Below, piece by piece: positions 28,362-40,100 of a DNA stretch of 64,000 nucleotides. The first letter of the stretch is position 1. The number at the start of each line of letters is the position of its first letter. The stretch is from Puniceicoccaceae bacterium (GTDB lineage Bacteria > Verrucomicrobiota > Verrucomicrobiia > Opitutales > Oceanipulchritudinaceae): positions 96,001 to 160,000 of the forward strand of contig JBFOMH010000005.1 of assembly GCA_040830765.1 (NCBI GenBank), read 5' to 3'. Position numbers and translations under genes: made by a program. The notes under the pieces were generated by a model that was not told the origin of the DNA, made no database searches, and saw only the letters and a list, made by a program, of their open reading frames with translations.

Positions 28362-30074
28362 CTACTTGATATAACCCATATTCTCAAGCTTCACCAGTAT
28401 CCGCTGGGCGGCCAGCTCCGGGGACAGCTTCTGGGTATCAATGACCAAATCGGCTGTTTCCGGCTCCTCGTAGGGATCATCAATCCCGGTGAACTCCTTG
28501 ATCAACCCGGCCCGAGCCTTGGCATAAAGCCCCTTGCGGTCACGCTTTTCACAGACTTCAAGCGGTGTGGAGACGTAAATCAGGACAAATCCGCCCACAG
28601 CCTCCACCATCTGACGGACCTTGCGCCGGGTCACCCGGTAGGGGGCGATTGGTGCGCACACCGCAATGCCGCCATTCTTGGTGATCTCGGAGGCCACATA
28701 GCCAATCCTCTCGATATTTAAATTGCGGTGTTCCTTGGAGAAGCCCAGCTCGCTGGAGAGGTGCTTGCGGACAAGGTCCCCGTCGAGCAGGGTCACCCGG
28801 CGCCCCCCGATTTCCAGCAGCTTGACCAGGAGGGCATTGGCAATGGTTGACTTCCCGGAACCGGAGAGCCCGGTAAAGAAAATCGTCAGCCCCTGCTTGT
28901 GCCGGGGTGGATACATCTTGCGCAGTTCCTCGATGATCTCCGGATAGGAGAACCAATCCGGGATTTCCAGGCCCTCGGCCAACCTCCGGCGGAATTCCGA
29001 ACCGGTAATGGTCTTGATTTTCATGTCCGGGGTTGTCTTGTCGACGGGGATATACTGTGCCTTGTCCTCGGCGTAGACCATCTGCTGGAACGGCACCAGT
29101 GAGATGTCCATCTCCTTCTCGTGCTTGGTAAAGAGTTCCTGGGCCTCATAAGGGCCATAGTAGGGGGTACCGTCCGGAGCCTTGCCCGGTCCAGCGTGGT
29201 CTCGCCCGACGATGAAGTGGGTACAGCCGAAATTCTTGCGGATCAGCCCGTGCCAGACTGCCTCGCGCGGGCCAGCCATGCGCATGGCAAGGTTGAGCAG
29301 ACTGAGGGTGGTCGTCTGTTCCGGATAATGCTCGAGGATTTTCTCGTAGCAGCGCACCCGCGTGTAATGATCCACATCACCCTTGCGGGTCATGCCGACA
29401 ACCGGATGGATCAGCAGGTTGGCCTCGTTTTCATGCGCGGCCCGGAAACTCAACTCCTGATGCGCCCGGTGCATCGGGTTGCGAGTCTGGAAAGCGACCA
29501 CCTTGCGCCAGCCCAGCTTGCGAAAGCGACCCCGTAATTCCGAGGGGCTGTCCCGTAACAACTTGAAGTCGTAGTGCGTCGGCGGCTCAAGTCCGCGCAA
29601 TGTTCCCCCGACATAAACGTCATGGGAATGATGCATCAGGTAGTCGACCCCCGGATGCTCGTCGATTTCTGTCCCGAAGACCGCATTGGCCTCGGCCAGC
29701 TTGTCCACTTTCCAGATGTCTGAGACCGAAAGGATGGCAATGGCGACACCTTCACTGTCCCGGAGAACAACTTCTTCGCCCGAGGACAGGGAGTCGGCGA
29801 ATTCCTCCGTTACATCCAGATTGATGGGAATCGGCCACAGCAGGCCCGACTGCAGCCGCATGTCGGCGAGCACGCCCTTGTAGTCCGCCTCACTTAAAAA
29901 CCCCTCCAGCGGGGAGAAGGCTCCATTGAGGATCATCTCCGCGTCACACAGTTGGCGGGCCGTCAGGTCCCACGATTTGAGTTCTCTGACTTTTTCCTTT
30001 TCCGCCTCAGCGGCAGACTCACCCAGATACAATTCCCTGAGGACGCCTCCATGTGGTTCCTTGAATGCTCCCAT
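28362..30074 (-). CDS. sat: Bifunctional sulfate adenylyltransferase / adenylylsulfate kinase (Sat-CysC)
   Basis: FQTRNPMHRAH, VGRDHAG; kinase P-loop FTGLSGSGKST, LLDGDLVR, RDRKGLYAKARAG..FTGIDDPYE. Confidence 0.95.
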   Translation of the reverse strand: MGAFKEPHGGVLRELYLGESAAEAEKEKVRELKSWDLTARQLCDAEMILNGAFSPLEGFLSEADYKGVLADMRLQSGLLWPIPINLDVTEEFADSLSSGEEVVLRDSEGVAIAILSVSDIWKVDKLAEANAVFGTEIDEHPGVDYLMHHSHDVYVGGTLRGLEPPTHYDFKLLRDSPSELRGRFRKLGWRKVVAFQTRNPMHRAHQELSFRAAHENEANLLIHPVVGMTRKGDVDHYTRVRCYEKILEHYPEQTTTLSLLNLAMRMAGPREAVWHGLIRKNFGCTHFIVGRDHAGPGKAPDGTPYYGPYEAQELFTKHEKEMDISLVPFQQMVYAEDKAQYIPVDKTTPDMKIKTITGSEFRRRLAEGLEIPDWFSYPEIIEELRKMYPPRHKQGLTIFFTGLSGSGKSTIANALLVKLLEIGGRRVTLLDGDLVRKHLSSELGFSKEHRNLNIERIGYVASEITKNGGIAVCAPIAPYRVTRRKVRQMVEAVGGFVLIYVSTPLEVCEKRDRKGLYAKARAGLIKEFTGIDDPYEEPETADLVIDTQKLSPELAAQRILVKLENMGYIK

Positions 30075-30191
30075 ATCTAATTTCCTTTCCAGCTCACTCC
30101 GGTAACGGGGTTTCGCTACAAGGTTTCATAGGGATTGCCGGGAAAATGACAAGCCTGCACCTTCCCGGGGCCCGTTGGCCCGGACGGATAC

Positions 30192-31802
30192 TCAGCGGAC
30201 GGAGCGCTTGGACCGGTTGTAGGATCCCTTACCGGGTTGGCTGAGAATGGATGGTGCCGGCGCTGGAGGCGGATCCGCCGGTGAAGCAATCTGGTAGAAG
30301 ACCGGAGAACCTCCGGAGGTATCCAGATCAAACTCTAGGTATCCATCCGCACGCGGACGGACCGTGCCATCTACCGACCATCCGGAGAGGGTTGAAGAGG
30401 ATTGCAACCCATAGTCCACCGGAGGAACCAGCCCCACCGAAGTAAAACGGATGGTGCCGCCACCGATGTTTTGCCCAATGAACGCCATGGTATCGATGGC
30501 TGTGTCCGGACTCGGATCCATGAGAACAGAGCGCAAATACCGGTTCATCTCGTTCAAGACCGAATGAACCAGGGGCATGCGGTGAGCCAAGGGCTCTTCA
30601 GTGTCCTCAAAAAACAAATACTCAGCCCCGAAGCCATCCAGTCTGGTCTTCAGGACATCCATCTGGTGGTGTGCATGCTTGTCATCATTATTGATCGTCA
30701 GGAAAAGCGGATAGCCCGGGTCCGCCGTCAGAAAGTCGATTGCCCCGTGATATTCCCAGCGGTCGTAATTGCTCTCTATCGAGCCCCAGGCATCCGTGTA
30801 GGTGCCAAGATTGGGATCATCTTCCAGGAGATCAATGTAGGTAAAGCGACCGGACATGATAACCGCTCCCTGCACGGAAGCTGACTCACTCGGATAGGTA
30901 CCCTTGTTCACTGATGCCTCGGCAATGGGGATAACCGTTGTCGGTGACAGGTAAAGATACCATTCATCCACCAACTCCGTGGTCACCGCCATCAGGGCGA
31001 CCCCGCTGCCACGGGAAAAGCCCATTGTCGCAACCCGGCCATTGAGACCGAGGGAAGCCGATTGACCACGCATCGCCCGAACCGCCGCACGGACAATCCA
31101 TGCGCTTTGGGGAACAGGATCGATGCCACTGTAACCTCCCTGGACCGGATGGTCCGCCATCGCCACGGCAAATCCCTCGCTGGCCTGCCCCGAAAGAATC
31201 GAGTCATGGGTGAAGGCCATCGAGAAATTCCCCATGCGGTTTACGTTGTCGGCCGAGAACTGGACCAGCGACCCAACCGGAATGACCGGATTTGACGGGT
31301 AGATGACATCCATCCCATAAAGGGTCCCGCTGTTATCGTAGTAAATCAAGTCCCGCAGCAGCCGGCACCCGCCCGGCACGATGAAGATGTGCGCCGCATC
31401 CATTTCATAACCAACCGGAAACCGGGTGGCCACGCCATCGGTCTGATCGTTGAGAATCTGGTCTCGGATGTTGAACAAATCCCGGTTCAGGAATGGTACC
31501 CGGGCCTGCGCATGCTCACCATAGTCCATCGTGATAACCAGCATGCCGTCTGCCAGAAAACTGTTGATGATGTCCACATCAGGCTCCGTCCCAACACGTG
31601 GGGAAGAAAGGTTTTGCAGGTAAATGACTGTCTCCTGCACCGCTCCCGCATCAGCACCCTCCGGAAGGATCGCCGTCCGCTCAATCAGCGTGCCCGTCGC
31701 CTCGCTGCTCCAGCTGCCCAATACCGTCTCCGTCGGTTGCGACAGGATGGAATTGGTCACAATGGTCAAAACTCCGGCCAGGAAGAGGCATTTTCGTCCC
31801 AT
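30192..31802 (-). CDS. Secreted alpha/beta-hydrolase-fold protein with verrucomicrobial C-terminal domain
   Basis: Signal peptide; nucleophile elbow GFSRG; candidate Asp (NNDD) and His (AHRMP); QSSSTLSGW...VFYQI; Pro-rich/basic tail. Confidence 0.7.
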   Translation of the reverse strand: MGRKCLFLAGVLTIVTNSILSQPTETVLGSWSSEATGTLIERTAILPEGADAGAVQETVIYLQNLSSPRVGTEPDVDIINSFLADGMLVITMDYGEHAQARVPFLNRDLFNIRDQILNDQTDGVATRFPVGYEMDAAHIFIVPGGCRLLRDLIYYDNSGTLYGMDVIYPSNPVIPVGSLVQFSADNVNRMGNFSMAFTHDSILSGQASEGFAVAMADHPVQGGYSGIDPVPQSAWIVRAAVRAMRGQSASLGLNGRVATMGFSRGSGVALMAVTTELVDEWYLYLSPTTVIPIAEASVNKGTYPSESASVQGAVIMSGRFTYIDLLEDDPNLGTYTDAWGSIESNYDRWEYHGAIDFLTADPGYPLFLTINNDDKHAHHQMDVLKTRLDGFGAEYLFFEDTEEPLAHRMPLVHSVLNEMNRYLRSVLMDPSPDTAIDTMAFIGQNIGGGTIRFTSVGLVPPVDYGLQSSSTLSGWSVDGTVRPRADGYLEFDLDTSGGSPVFYQIASPADPPPAPAPSILSQPGKGSYNRSKRSVR

Positions 31803-31844
31803 TCACTCAGCCAAATGATGATACCCATTAAATCAATTCTCAAA

Positions 31845-31865
31845 TTCATGATATTTCATGAAATA
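31845..31865. promoter_or_regulatory. Operator candidate upstream of the hydrolase gene
   Basis: Perfect palindrome TATTTCATGAAATA (31852-31865) plus TTCATGA direct repeat at 10-bp spacing. Confidence 0.45.
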
Positions 31866-31905
31866 AGAACCGGGACGCGTTTGATTCCCTCTAGCTTAAC
31901 CCATT

Positions 31906-33417
31906 TCAGGAAGCGTACTTGGCATAGAATGCCTTCATGTCCTCACAGAGCTGCTTGCGGCTTTCGGCCCACGTATAGAACATGTGTCCACCTGGATAGT
32001 GCTTCAGGGTGAGGTTCTCCTGCTGTTCCTGGGTCAGGTTCATGAGGGCGGCCAACCGGTCCGAGGAGGAGAAGGCGGTCACTAGGTCGTAATAGCCGTG
32101 GGTGATGTAGACGCCCATGTGCTCATTGAGGGACATGCCGAAGCGCAAATCGTCGACGGCCCCGAACTGGCTCTGCAGGGCGTGCTGCTGCTCGTCATTT
32201 TTCCAGGCCGTATTGACCTGCATGCTGAGAAGCTCGTAATCGCGCTCCGTCTCCAGTCCGACATTGCGTCGCAACTGGGTGTTGATGGCGGAGGCGAAGA
32301 CCCGTTCAAGAATGTGCAGCGTCGGGTCCGGGGCATCCAGCTCGTCCTTCTCGGTAAAGGGATCCGTGACGGCGATCGAGGCGTCATAGAGGCCAAGGAA
32401 CTTGCCCTGTTCGCGAAGCAGGTTCTTCACGAAATAAACAATATCGATGCGCCCGCCCTTCTGTTGCACGGTCGACCTTGGCAGACCGATGTAATCCGCC
32501 AATGTATTGAAAATCTGACGACGTTTCTGTTCACCCACCATTCCGCCGACTGCCAATACCGGCATCAGTTGGTTGTAGGCAAAATCGCGTGCGCGGTGGG
32601 CATACTCAAGATGGTCTTCCCCATCTTTCGCCTTCCGCGCCACTCCATGACTCAAGGCCGCGGCCGCCATGGTCGGGATGATGTCGACCCAGGGAAGCAC
32701 ATTGTAGTTGCTGCCGTCGAGGAGACTGAAATCGAGTGCCGGGGAAATGATGATAGCACCGGCCAGACCGACCCCGAAGTCCTTCTGCAGGAGCTTGGTC
32801 AGCTTGCCAACCCGGTAACCCCCGTAGCTCTCCCCGGCAATAAAGACCGGGCTTTCCCATCGGTGATGGGTCGAGAGCCAGGTACGGGCAAATTCACCTA
32901 TGGACTCCAGGTCCCGCTTGATGCGCCAATACTCGGAAGGTTGTTTCTTCTCCTCCCCTGCCCCTTTGGCCGCCTTGTCATCCTTGGGCTTGTCCTCCTC
33001 AATCATCCGGCTCAATCCAGTCCCTATGGGATCAACAAATACCAGGTCCGTGAAGGCCAGCCAGGTCTCGTGATTGTCCGCCACCTTATGGGGGGGCGGC
33101 AAGGGCATCCCCTTGTCATCCAGGTCGACCCGCTTGGGCCCCATCGCTCCCATGTGGAGGTAGACCGAGGATGCACCGGGCCCACCATTAAAGACAAAGG
33201 TCACCGGCCTATGGCCCTCCCCCGGAACGGTGTAGGCGGTGGAAAACATCTCCGCCTTCGGCTTGTCGTCCTTGCGCAGGACAATCCACTGCGTCTCCGC
33301 CTGGTAGTTCAGCCCCTGCCCATCCAGCTCAATCGTAAAATCGGCCTTGCTGCCCTCCGGGGCCTTGTATTTCGGTGCTTTATCAGCGCTTTTTCCCTCA
33401 TCCTTTTGTTCACTCAT
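31906..33417 (-). CDS. Serine carboxypeptidase, family S10
   Basis: FNGGPGASS, DLVFVDPIGTGLS, GESYGG, GYYDL, GGHMFY. ATG 33417 preferred; no signal peptide. Confidence 0.92.
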   Translation of the reverse strand: MSEQKDEGKSADKAPKYKAPEGSKADFTIELDGQGLNYQAETQWIVLRKDDKPKAEMFSTAYTVPGEGHRPVTFVFNGGPGASSVYLHMGAMGPKRVDLDDKGMPLPPPHKVADNHETWLAFTDLVFVDPIGTGLSRMIEEDKPKDDKAAKGAGEEKKQPSEYWRIKRDLESIGEFARTWLSTHHRWESPVFIAGESYGGYRVGKLTKLLQKDFGVGLAGAIIISPALDFSLLDGSNYNVLPWVDIIPTMAAAALSHGVARKAKDGEDHLEYAHRARDFAYNQLMPVLAVGGMVGEQKRRQIFNTLADYIGLPRSTVQQKGGRIDIVYFVKNLLREQGKFLGLYDASIAVTDPFTEKDELDAPDPTLHILERVFASAINTQLRRNVGLETERDYELLSMQVNTAWKNDEQQHALQSQFGAVDDLRFGMSLNEHMGVYITHGYYDLVTAFSSSDRLAALMNLTQEQQENLTLKHYPGGHMFYTWAESRKQLCEDMKAFYAKYAS

Positions 33418-33472
33418 ACCCGTCTTATGTATCGATCCGGGAGAAAGTCGCAAGCCACCTCGGTTCTTTGTT

Positions 33473-33502
33473 TGTTAAGTAAGAAAGTTTCCTTGCTTAA
33501 CA
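33473..33502. promoter_or_regulatory. Inverted repeat in the divergent S10/tonB promoter region
   Basis: TGTTAAGTAAG-N8-CTTGCTTAACA (10 of 11 positions pair). Confidence 0.45.
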
Positions 33503-33545
33503 TTTTAATATCGACTTTTAAGTAAAATTCCTGCAGACTGCCTCT

Positions 33546-34181
33546 ATGAAGGCACATACCCCACCCACATTACGGTCCCGGCTGGCAACTCCATTCCTGA
33601 CCGGACTCAGCGTTGTGGCCCTGCTCCTGGTGGCCATTCCCATTACCCAGTACCTGACGGCGGACAAGGAACCCCCGAAGCCGCCCCAGGACCCGGATGT
33701 TATCCACCCGCCTGACATCGTCGAGCAACCCCCGGACCCGCCGGATCCCGAGCCGGACCCGATCGATGACCTCGAGGAGGAACGCCTCCGACCGGACATC
33801 ACCATGATGGAAAGCATGCTCGGGGATATTGATCCCTCGAGTCTGGTCAATTACGGTCCCGTCACCCTGCCGGGCGGTGAATGGGAAAACCCCTTCGTGG
33901 ACATCGAGGACCTGACGGTCCCGCCAAAGCCCATCCGGCAACAGGCGCCCAATTATCCACCCGATGCGAAGCGGATGAACATCAATGGTGAGGTCTGGAT
34001 CCAGTTCCTGGTAACACCGGAGGGACGAACCAAGTCGATCCAGATTCTTCAGTCCAGCAATCCGCTCTTCAACGAGTACACCATTTCGGCCGTCCGCAAG
34101 TGGCTCTTCACACCGGGTGAAAAGGACGGGCGTGTGGTGACGACCCGTGTGCGGATCAATATCCCATTCAAGGTGCGCTAG
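33546..34181 (+). CDS. tonB: Energy transducer TonB
   Basis: N-terminal TM; Pro-rich linker; PNYPPDAKRMNINGEV...AVRKWLFTPG...RINIPF. Confidence 0.9.
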   Translation: MKAHTPPTLRSRLATPFLTGLSVVALLLVAIPITQYLTADKEPPKPPQDPDVIHPPDIVEQPPDPPDPEPDPIDDLEEERLRPDITMMESMLGDIDPSSLVNYGPVTLPGGEWENPFVDIEDLTVPPKPIRQQAPNYPPDAKRMNINGEVWIQFLVTPEGRTKSIQILQSSNPLFNEYTISAVRKWLFTPGEKDGRVVTTRVRINIPFKVR

Positions 34182-37100
34182 AGTCAGGGAAAGGATCCGT
34201 GTCCCAATGATGGGAAGTCAACCGGGTTCCGGCCTCAAGGGACTCACTCATGAAGGCGTGATCCGGATCATCGTGGCCCAAACCCAGGATATGTCCCAAT
34301 TCATGGGTAATGACCGTGTAGAGATCCATTAATCCGGAGGCCTCACTGGAGCTGTCAGCTATCCATACATCGGGGTCTGAGGACTGGATAAATTCACTGT
34401 TATCGTCTGGCGTTGAATCCAGAAACCAGCCCCACCCGGCAGCATCGGAATCAATGGTAACCGTTTGCCCACTGGTTACGCCGAGCATTCTCCCGTCCAA
34501 GTCGGCAACCTGGAACCTGACGGATCCGATGAGGATCTCTTGATACGCGCTAAGCTTTCCGGATTCCATCCAAGAAGCAACAACCGCATCCACAAAGCGG
34601 TCCAAATCCTCTTGCTCCAATGGATTAGAAGCATGGTCAGCCGGAGCGGTTGAAGCAGCAAGCATGGCCGCGCTTTCTTCAATTACCATTGACCAGTCAT
34701 CAAGGGTACCGGAATTTCGCCGTTTGTCATCGGACACCTCAAGGGTCCATGTGCCGGTAACAACTTTTCCTTCAAAGGCTGACAAATCGCCCTCGGGGCG
34801 GAAGGATCCAGTAAAGGGTGCCGAACCATCAACAATCGATACGCCAGCCTCATCATCCAACTCGGTATTGGTGAAGTTGTCGTTATTGCCCCCTACATCG
34901 GTGAACAACTCCACCCGGGTCCCGTCAGGGGCAATGAGGAAGACATCCAGGTCCTGGGCAGCAGCATGGGAAATATTGAGGATTACATTGAGATCATGAA
35001 TGCTGTAGGTGTCGGATATCTCAATGGTCGAGGTGACCGTCTTCATGTCGCGGATATTCGTTCCCGGACTTGCCGAGTACGTGTGGCTTGGATTGGGTTG
35101 TTGGACACTGATAGCTGACGCAGCGGTGGAATACTCACCATTTCCATCACTGACCGTGTAGGTAAATCCATCCACACCGGTAAAGCCAAGAACAGGAGTG
35201 TAGGTAAGCGTCCCGTCGCCATTATTGACCAAGGTTCCAGCGGACGGCTGGGAGAAGCTGGCTAGGTAGAGGGTGTCGCCGTCTACATCCGAGTCGTTCG
35301 CCAAAAGGTCAGCAATCGGGATTATTAATTGCTGGTCCTTGAGTGCCTGCAGCATATCATCGGTGGCCACCGGGGCATCATTGACGCCTGCGACACTGAT
35401 TCCGACCACCGCCGAACCGGTTCCACCATTTCCATCAGAAACGGTATAATTGAAACTATCCAGGCCGGCGAAGTCAGCATCCGGGATATACGTCCAAGTG
35501 CCATCACCATTATCGACCAATGTGCCGTTTTGAGGCTGTGAAAGCCCGGTAATGACCAAGGTGTCACCATCATTGTCGGTATCATTGGCCAGCAAGTCGG
35601 CCTCGGAAATGACGATGCTCTGATCCTCAATCGCAGCATAGGCATCCCCGTTTGGTGAGGGATCGGTATTGGTGTTGTCTCCCTCATAGGCAGGATCGTT
35701 CGTCATCACGGTGAGGTCATCAAATGTGGCGAAAGTCGATCCGGTCAGGAGTCCAATGTCACCATCCATCAAGGGGGCATTGAAGGCGAAACCAAGGACC
35801 GTCTGTCCGTCCACGACAACACTGACGCCAAGACCATCCATTGTTACTTCAAGTTGATAGGATTGACCGGCATTTAACTCGAACGGTGTCGATGCATCGA
35901 TGACCCAGCCACTCCGTTTCGTGTAGTGACCGATGAGCACCTCATCCGTTTCCACTGATAGGGCAGCAAACTTGAAGTCGTTATCATCATAGCGGTCAAA
36001 GACTAGACCGGCCATGGAGTCGGTACTGACAAGGAATCTTGTCCGGGCGAGGTAGGCCAGGTCCACATCGAGATCAATCTGCTGGAACGCCCTGTCGGCA
36101 CCGGCTTCAGGAGAGCCGGACAGGGTACCGCCGGAAATGAGCCAGTCACCCACAGACTCACCGGTAAGTCTTGGTGCCAATCCATCGTCGAAGAATTCCG
36201 TCTCCTCAAGAGTCAGTTCCGGCGGCAGGATCTGGACCGCGACATTATCGATCCGGGCGATGGAATTGTCCGCCCCGATGCCGACGAGGCCTTCATTGAG
36301 TCCGTGGCTGAATCCATATTCATCAATCCGTGGTGCAAAAGCGTGCGTAAAGACTTCGGTGTTGTTGACCACCAGTGTGGCGACAGTTCCATTGATAGCC
36401 AGGAGCAGGCGGTAGTCCTTGTTCGGCCTCAACTGGGCATTGTCCTGCTCGACTACATGCCAGCCCGTCTCGTCGCGATAACCCATCTGGAGCTTGTCGA
36501 TGGAGATATTGACACCGGCAAACTTGAAGTCGGTCGGGCTCTGGTAATCAAAGATGAGGAAAGCGTTCGAATCCAGACCAGCTGTCGGCTTACCGGCATT
36601 GATAGTGGCCTTCATCTCGAAGTAGGTGGGTAACCACTCATCGACATAGAAGACGCTGGCGGCATCGCCACCGAGAACATTCGGTGCCACTTCCATGCGT
36701 CCGCTGTCGACGTTCCAGATACCGCTATCGATGAAGAAGCCCTGTGCCTGACCACCATTGAAGTCAGCCGTGCGAAGAACATCCCGTGCGCCTCCAGGAA
36801 TGTTGCCCGGTTGAGGATCGGTGGGCCCACCCGTCTGGTCCTGCCATAGACCGTGATCGCGCTGGATGATGAGGCCCAACTCACCGTCAGGTTCCCCATT
36901 GCGCTCGGCGGCGTTACCGGTATCGGTATCACGGGTCGGGTCTGCACCCTGGCTGGCGGAGAGGGCATAGAGGAAATCAAAGAGCTGTGGCGGTACCTGT
37001 CGGCTGACCGTGGCAATCCCGAAGGGCGAGAAGGGAACAATATAGCTGTTGAATTCACCGACCCAGTCGATAAGGCGGTCGCCACCGGTGTTGCCGATCA

Positions 37101-40100
37101 GGATATCCAATCCGGCGCCGCCATAGACGCGGTCTTCATAGACCGGATGGGAATCAGTGGTGTCATTGAGCCCGCCGTTTGTGGTCAGGACATCATCTGC
37201 ATTGGAGAGGTCGTTGCCCCAACCACCGTAAATAGTGTCACGGCCGGTGCCCCCAACCTGCCAGTCATTGCCGAGGTCACCAAACATGACGTCATTACCG
37301 TCATTGTTACGATTAGCAAAGTCAATCGGGGTCCCATTGGGCTCGAAGGCGATTGCGCCATATTCCAACGGGCCCTCATTATCGACCAGGTTGAGGAAGT
37401 ACTGGTACGGGAACAGGGCAGCGCTGAGGTCCTTCCAGACATCGCCGTCAACATTGAACTGGATAATCCGGCGCGGATCATATTCATCGTAGAGGAAGAA
37501 CTCACCGAGACGGCTTTGGATTGGTTTCGGTGCATTCCATGGATCAGTGTCGTCACCAAACTTGAGGATATCGCCCGGATTCCATGGGCGCGTGAAGTCG
37601 GTCCGGACCAGCCCGTCAACTACACCGAGTTCATTGAAGCGCTGAGTGTAGGATTCCGGCAAGGCCTCACCACCGGCAATGGCATCATCCCCGGACGCAC
37701 CGTGCAGGAAGTCATCACCAAGGCCGCCAAAGATGATGTCATCGGCAACATTGGCGTCAAAGAGCGGATCATCGGCCCCTTGATCATTCGGGCGCAAGTT
37801 GAATGGAGTGATATCGACCGCCTTGTTGAGAGCACCACTCGGGTTCAAGGTGGCTGTCTGAACCTGACCCGGCGTGTAGACGTACTCGTCAATCACGTTG
37901 CCATGGATAACCTGCGGACGCCGCGGTTCTGGATCTTCAGCCAGGAGGAAGAAGATACCGAAGAGCGGTTCACTGAAGAAGTCGATGTCCCCGGCAGTGT
38001 TGCGGCTGGTGAAGATGCGGCCGTCGTCACCAATGACGCCGTCCTGGCCGGTGCCGCCGGAAATCCAATCATTACCCCAGCCGCCGACGATGTCGTCGTC
38101 ATCGGCATCGCCAAAGACGCGATCATGTCCACCAGCAACATAAATTGTATCATCGCCCGGACCACCGTGGACCTCGTCGTGGCCACCTATGTCAACGCGT
38201 GTCCAGAGGTCAAATTCCTGACGGAAGCCGGAAGCCTGACCCAGGTTCTCGAGGCTGAAGTTGTCGGGCCGGAAGTCGGGTCCACCGGCCGTGTAGTCGA
38301 TCAAGTGAACGCCACGGACAACAATCTTAAGTTGGTCAGCGAGGTCGAGGTTGTCCGTGTATTGGTCGTAGTTGAAGGACAACCACAGCGGGTTCGCCAA
38401 GTCGACGGCTGGATTGATATCCGTGCTGTCGGTACCAACGACACGATGGATATTGCCGTTATCACCGAGAATCGTATCAGCGTCACGGGCATGGCGTTGT
38501 TCTTCCAACGTACCATCAGTTGGCAGGTCTTCGTCATTCCGGTCAACCTGTGTGCCGGCACCACCGAAGAGGTAATCATCGCCATCCGGCCGCATGTCGC
38601 GATCGGTAAGGCTGAAGAAGTTGGAACTGCCACCAACGATGTCATCCTGGCCAAGGTTTCCGAAGATGATGTCGTTGCCACCGCCGCCTTCGATGTAGTC
38701 ATCGCCATCCGAGGCAGCTTCGAATGAGGCAACCACACTCAGCGGGCCGATTGGATCGTCCACCACACCTGGATCCGTTGATGGAACCGGCGTACGGGAA
38801 GCACCGACATGGGACTGAGCGGCAAAGGCCAGTTCAATGCCGCCGTCACCCTGGATGATATCGTCACCAAGCTGACCGAATATCTGGTCATGGTCCGCAC
38901 CACCGGCAATGTAGTCGTTGCCGAAGCTGCCGACGCCAACCAACGTTTCAAAGTCTTCATCCGTACTCGGATCAATGGCGAAAGTGTGCAGGGTACTGTA
39001 GTCGATCAGGTATTCGGCCCACCAGGCGATACCATCCGGATCCCTGTAGTTGCGCCAGATGCCATCAATAAGCAATTCGCCGCTGTCGTCGGCGGATGGC
39101 GGACTGCCGGCATCGGGATGACCCGCTGGCAGATCGAAGTCCGAGCGGCTGTAGAGGAGCTGGCCGAGGAGCGTCTGGAAGCGCGGATTGGTGACATCGT
39201 CGTAAATGTTGCCATCGGCCGGGTTAAGCCCACCGAGGTCGCGCCGTGCCATGAAGACATTGTCACCGAAGATGATGTCACCCTGCTCATCACCATCGAG
39301 CATGTCATTGCCGGTACCACCAATGATCACATCACGGCCAGGACCGCCGAAGACAACATCGTCATCGCCGTTCTGCAATTCAGCGGAGTTAATAAAGAGG
39401 ACCGAATCGAGTTCAGTGGTCTGAATCTTCTGCAGCAGGGCATCCGGCAGGTTCGGATCGGTGACGTACTGGACGATCTCGCCGTGGTCGGCAAAGATGA
39501 TGTCCGTGAAGTCACTCGAGGGGCCTTCGCTGGAACCGGGACCATCCCCATAGATGATGTCACGTCCTGCCAACAGGTCATCTCGTACCGGCGACGGTAC
39601 CGGAGCGAGGGTTGTTCCGTTTGTGAATAGGGCCGGATCAATCGTCGGACGCGGACTGTTGTCGACCGTCGGAATCGTCAGGCCGCGGGTGAGGATGTTC
39701 ACGTTCACACCGGAGTCGCCATAGATGTGGTCGGTGCCGCGCTGACCCAGAATCGTGTCGTTGCCTGAACCACCGGCGAGGTGGTCACCGGACTGGCTAC
39801 CAATGATGAGGTCATCGCCAACACCACCATAGGCAGTGAATCCAACTGACGGCAGGTCACCACCAGAGAGCCCACTGAAGAGATTGGATGCATCAATGAT
39901 GTCATTGCCTGCATACTTATACGGATTAGCCAGCGGGAAGACCCATTCGTCGTCCTCGTTTTCTCCATCCGGCAATTCCGGGAATGGATCAAACGGCTTT
40001 TCACCAAATTCGTAGCCCAGCACATCGTACGGATGTCCGCTGTACCAGACGCCATCCTGGGATGTGTCACCATAGACTACCAATGGGGAATCGGGCCCAG

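Noticed and set aside
28362..30074. Dissimilatory sulfate reduction coupled to H2
   Set aside because: No aprAB, qmo or dsr genes in the window, and the APS-kinase fusion points to PAPS synthesis.
36853..38727. Long plus-strand ORFs (624 aa here; also 12022-13224, 25789-27177, 32098-33525, 57079-58320, 60626-61900)
   Set aside because: Antisense shadows of well-supported genes, expected from codon bias; no recognisable motifs.
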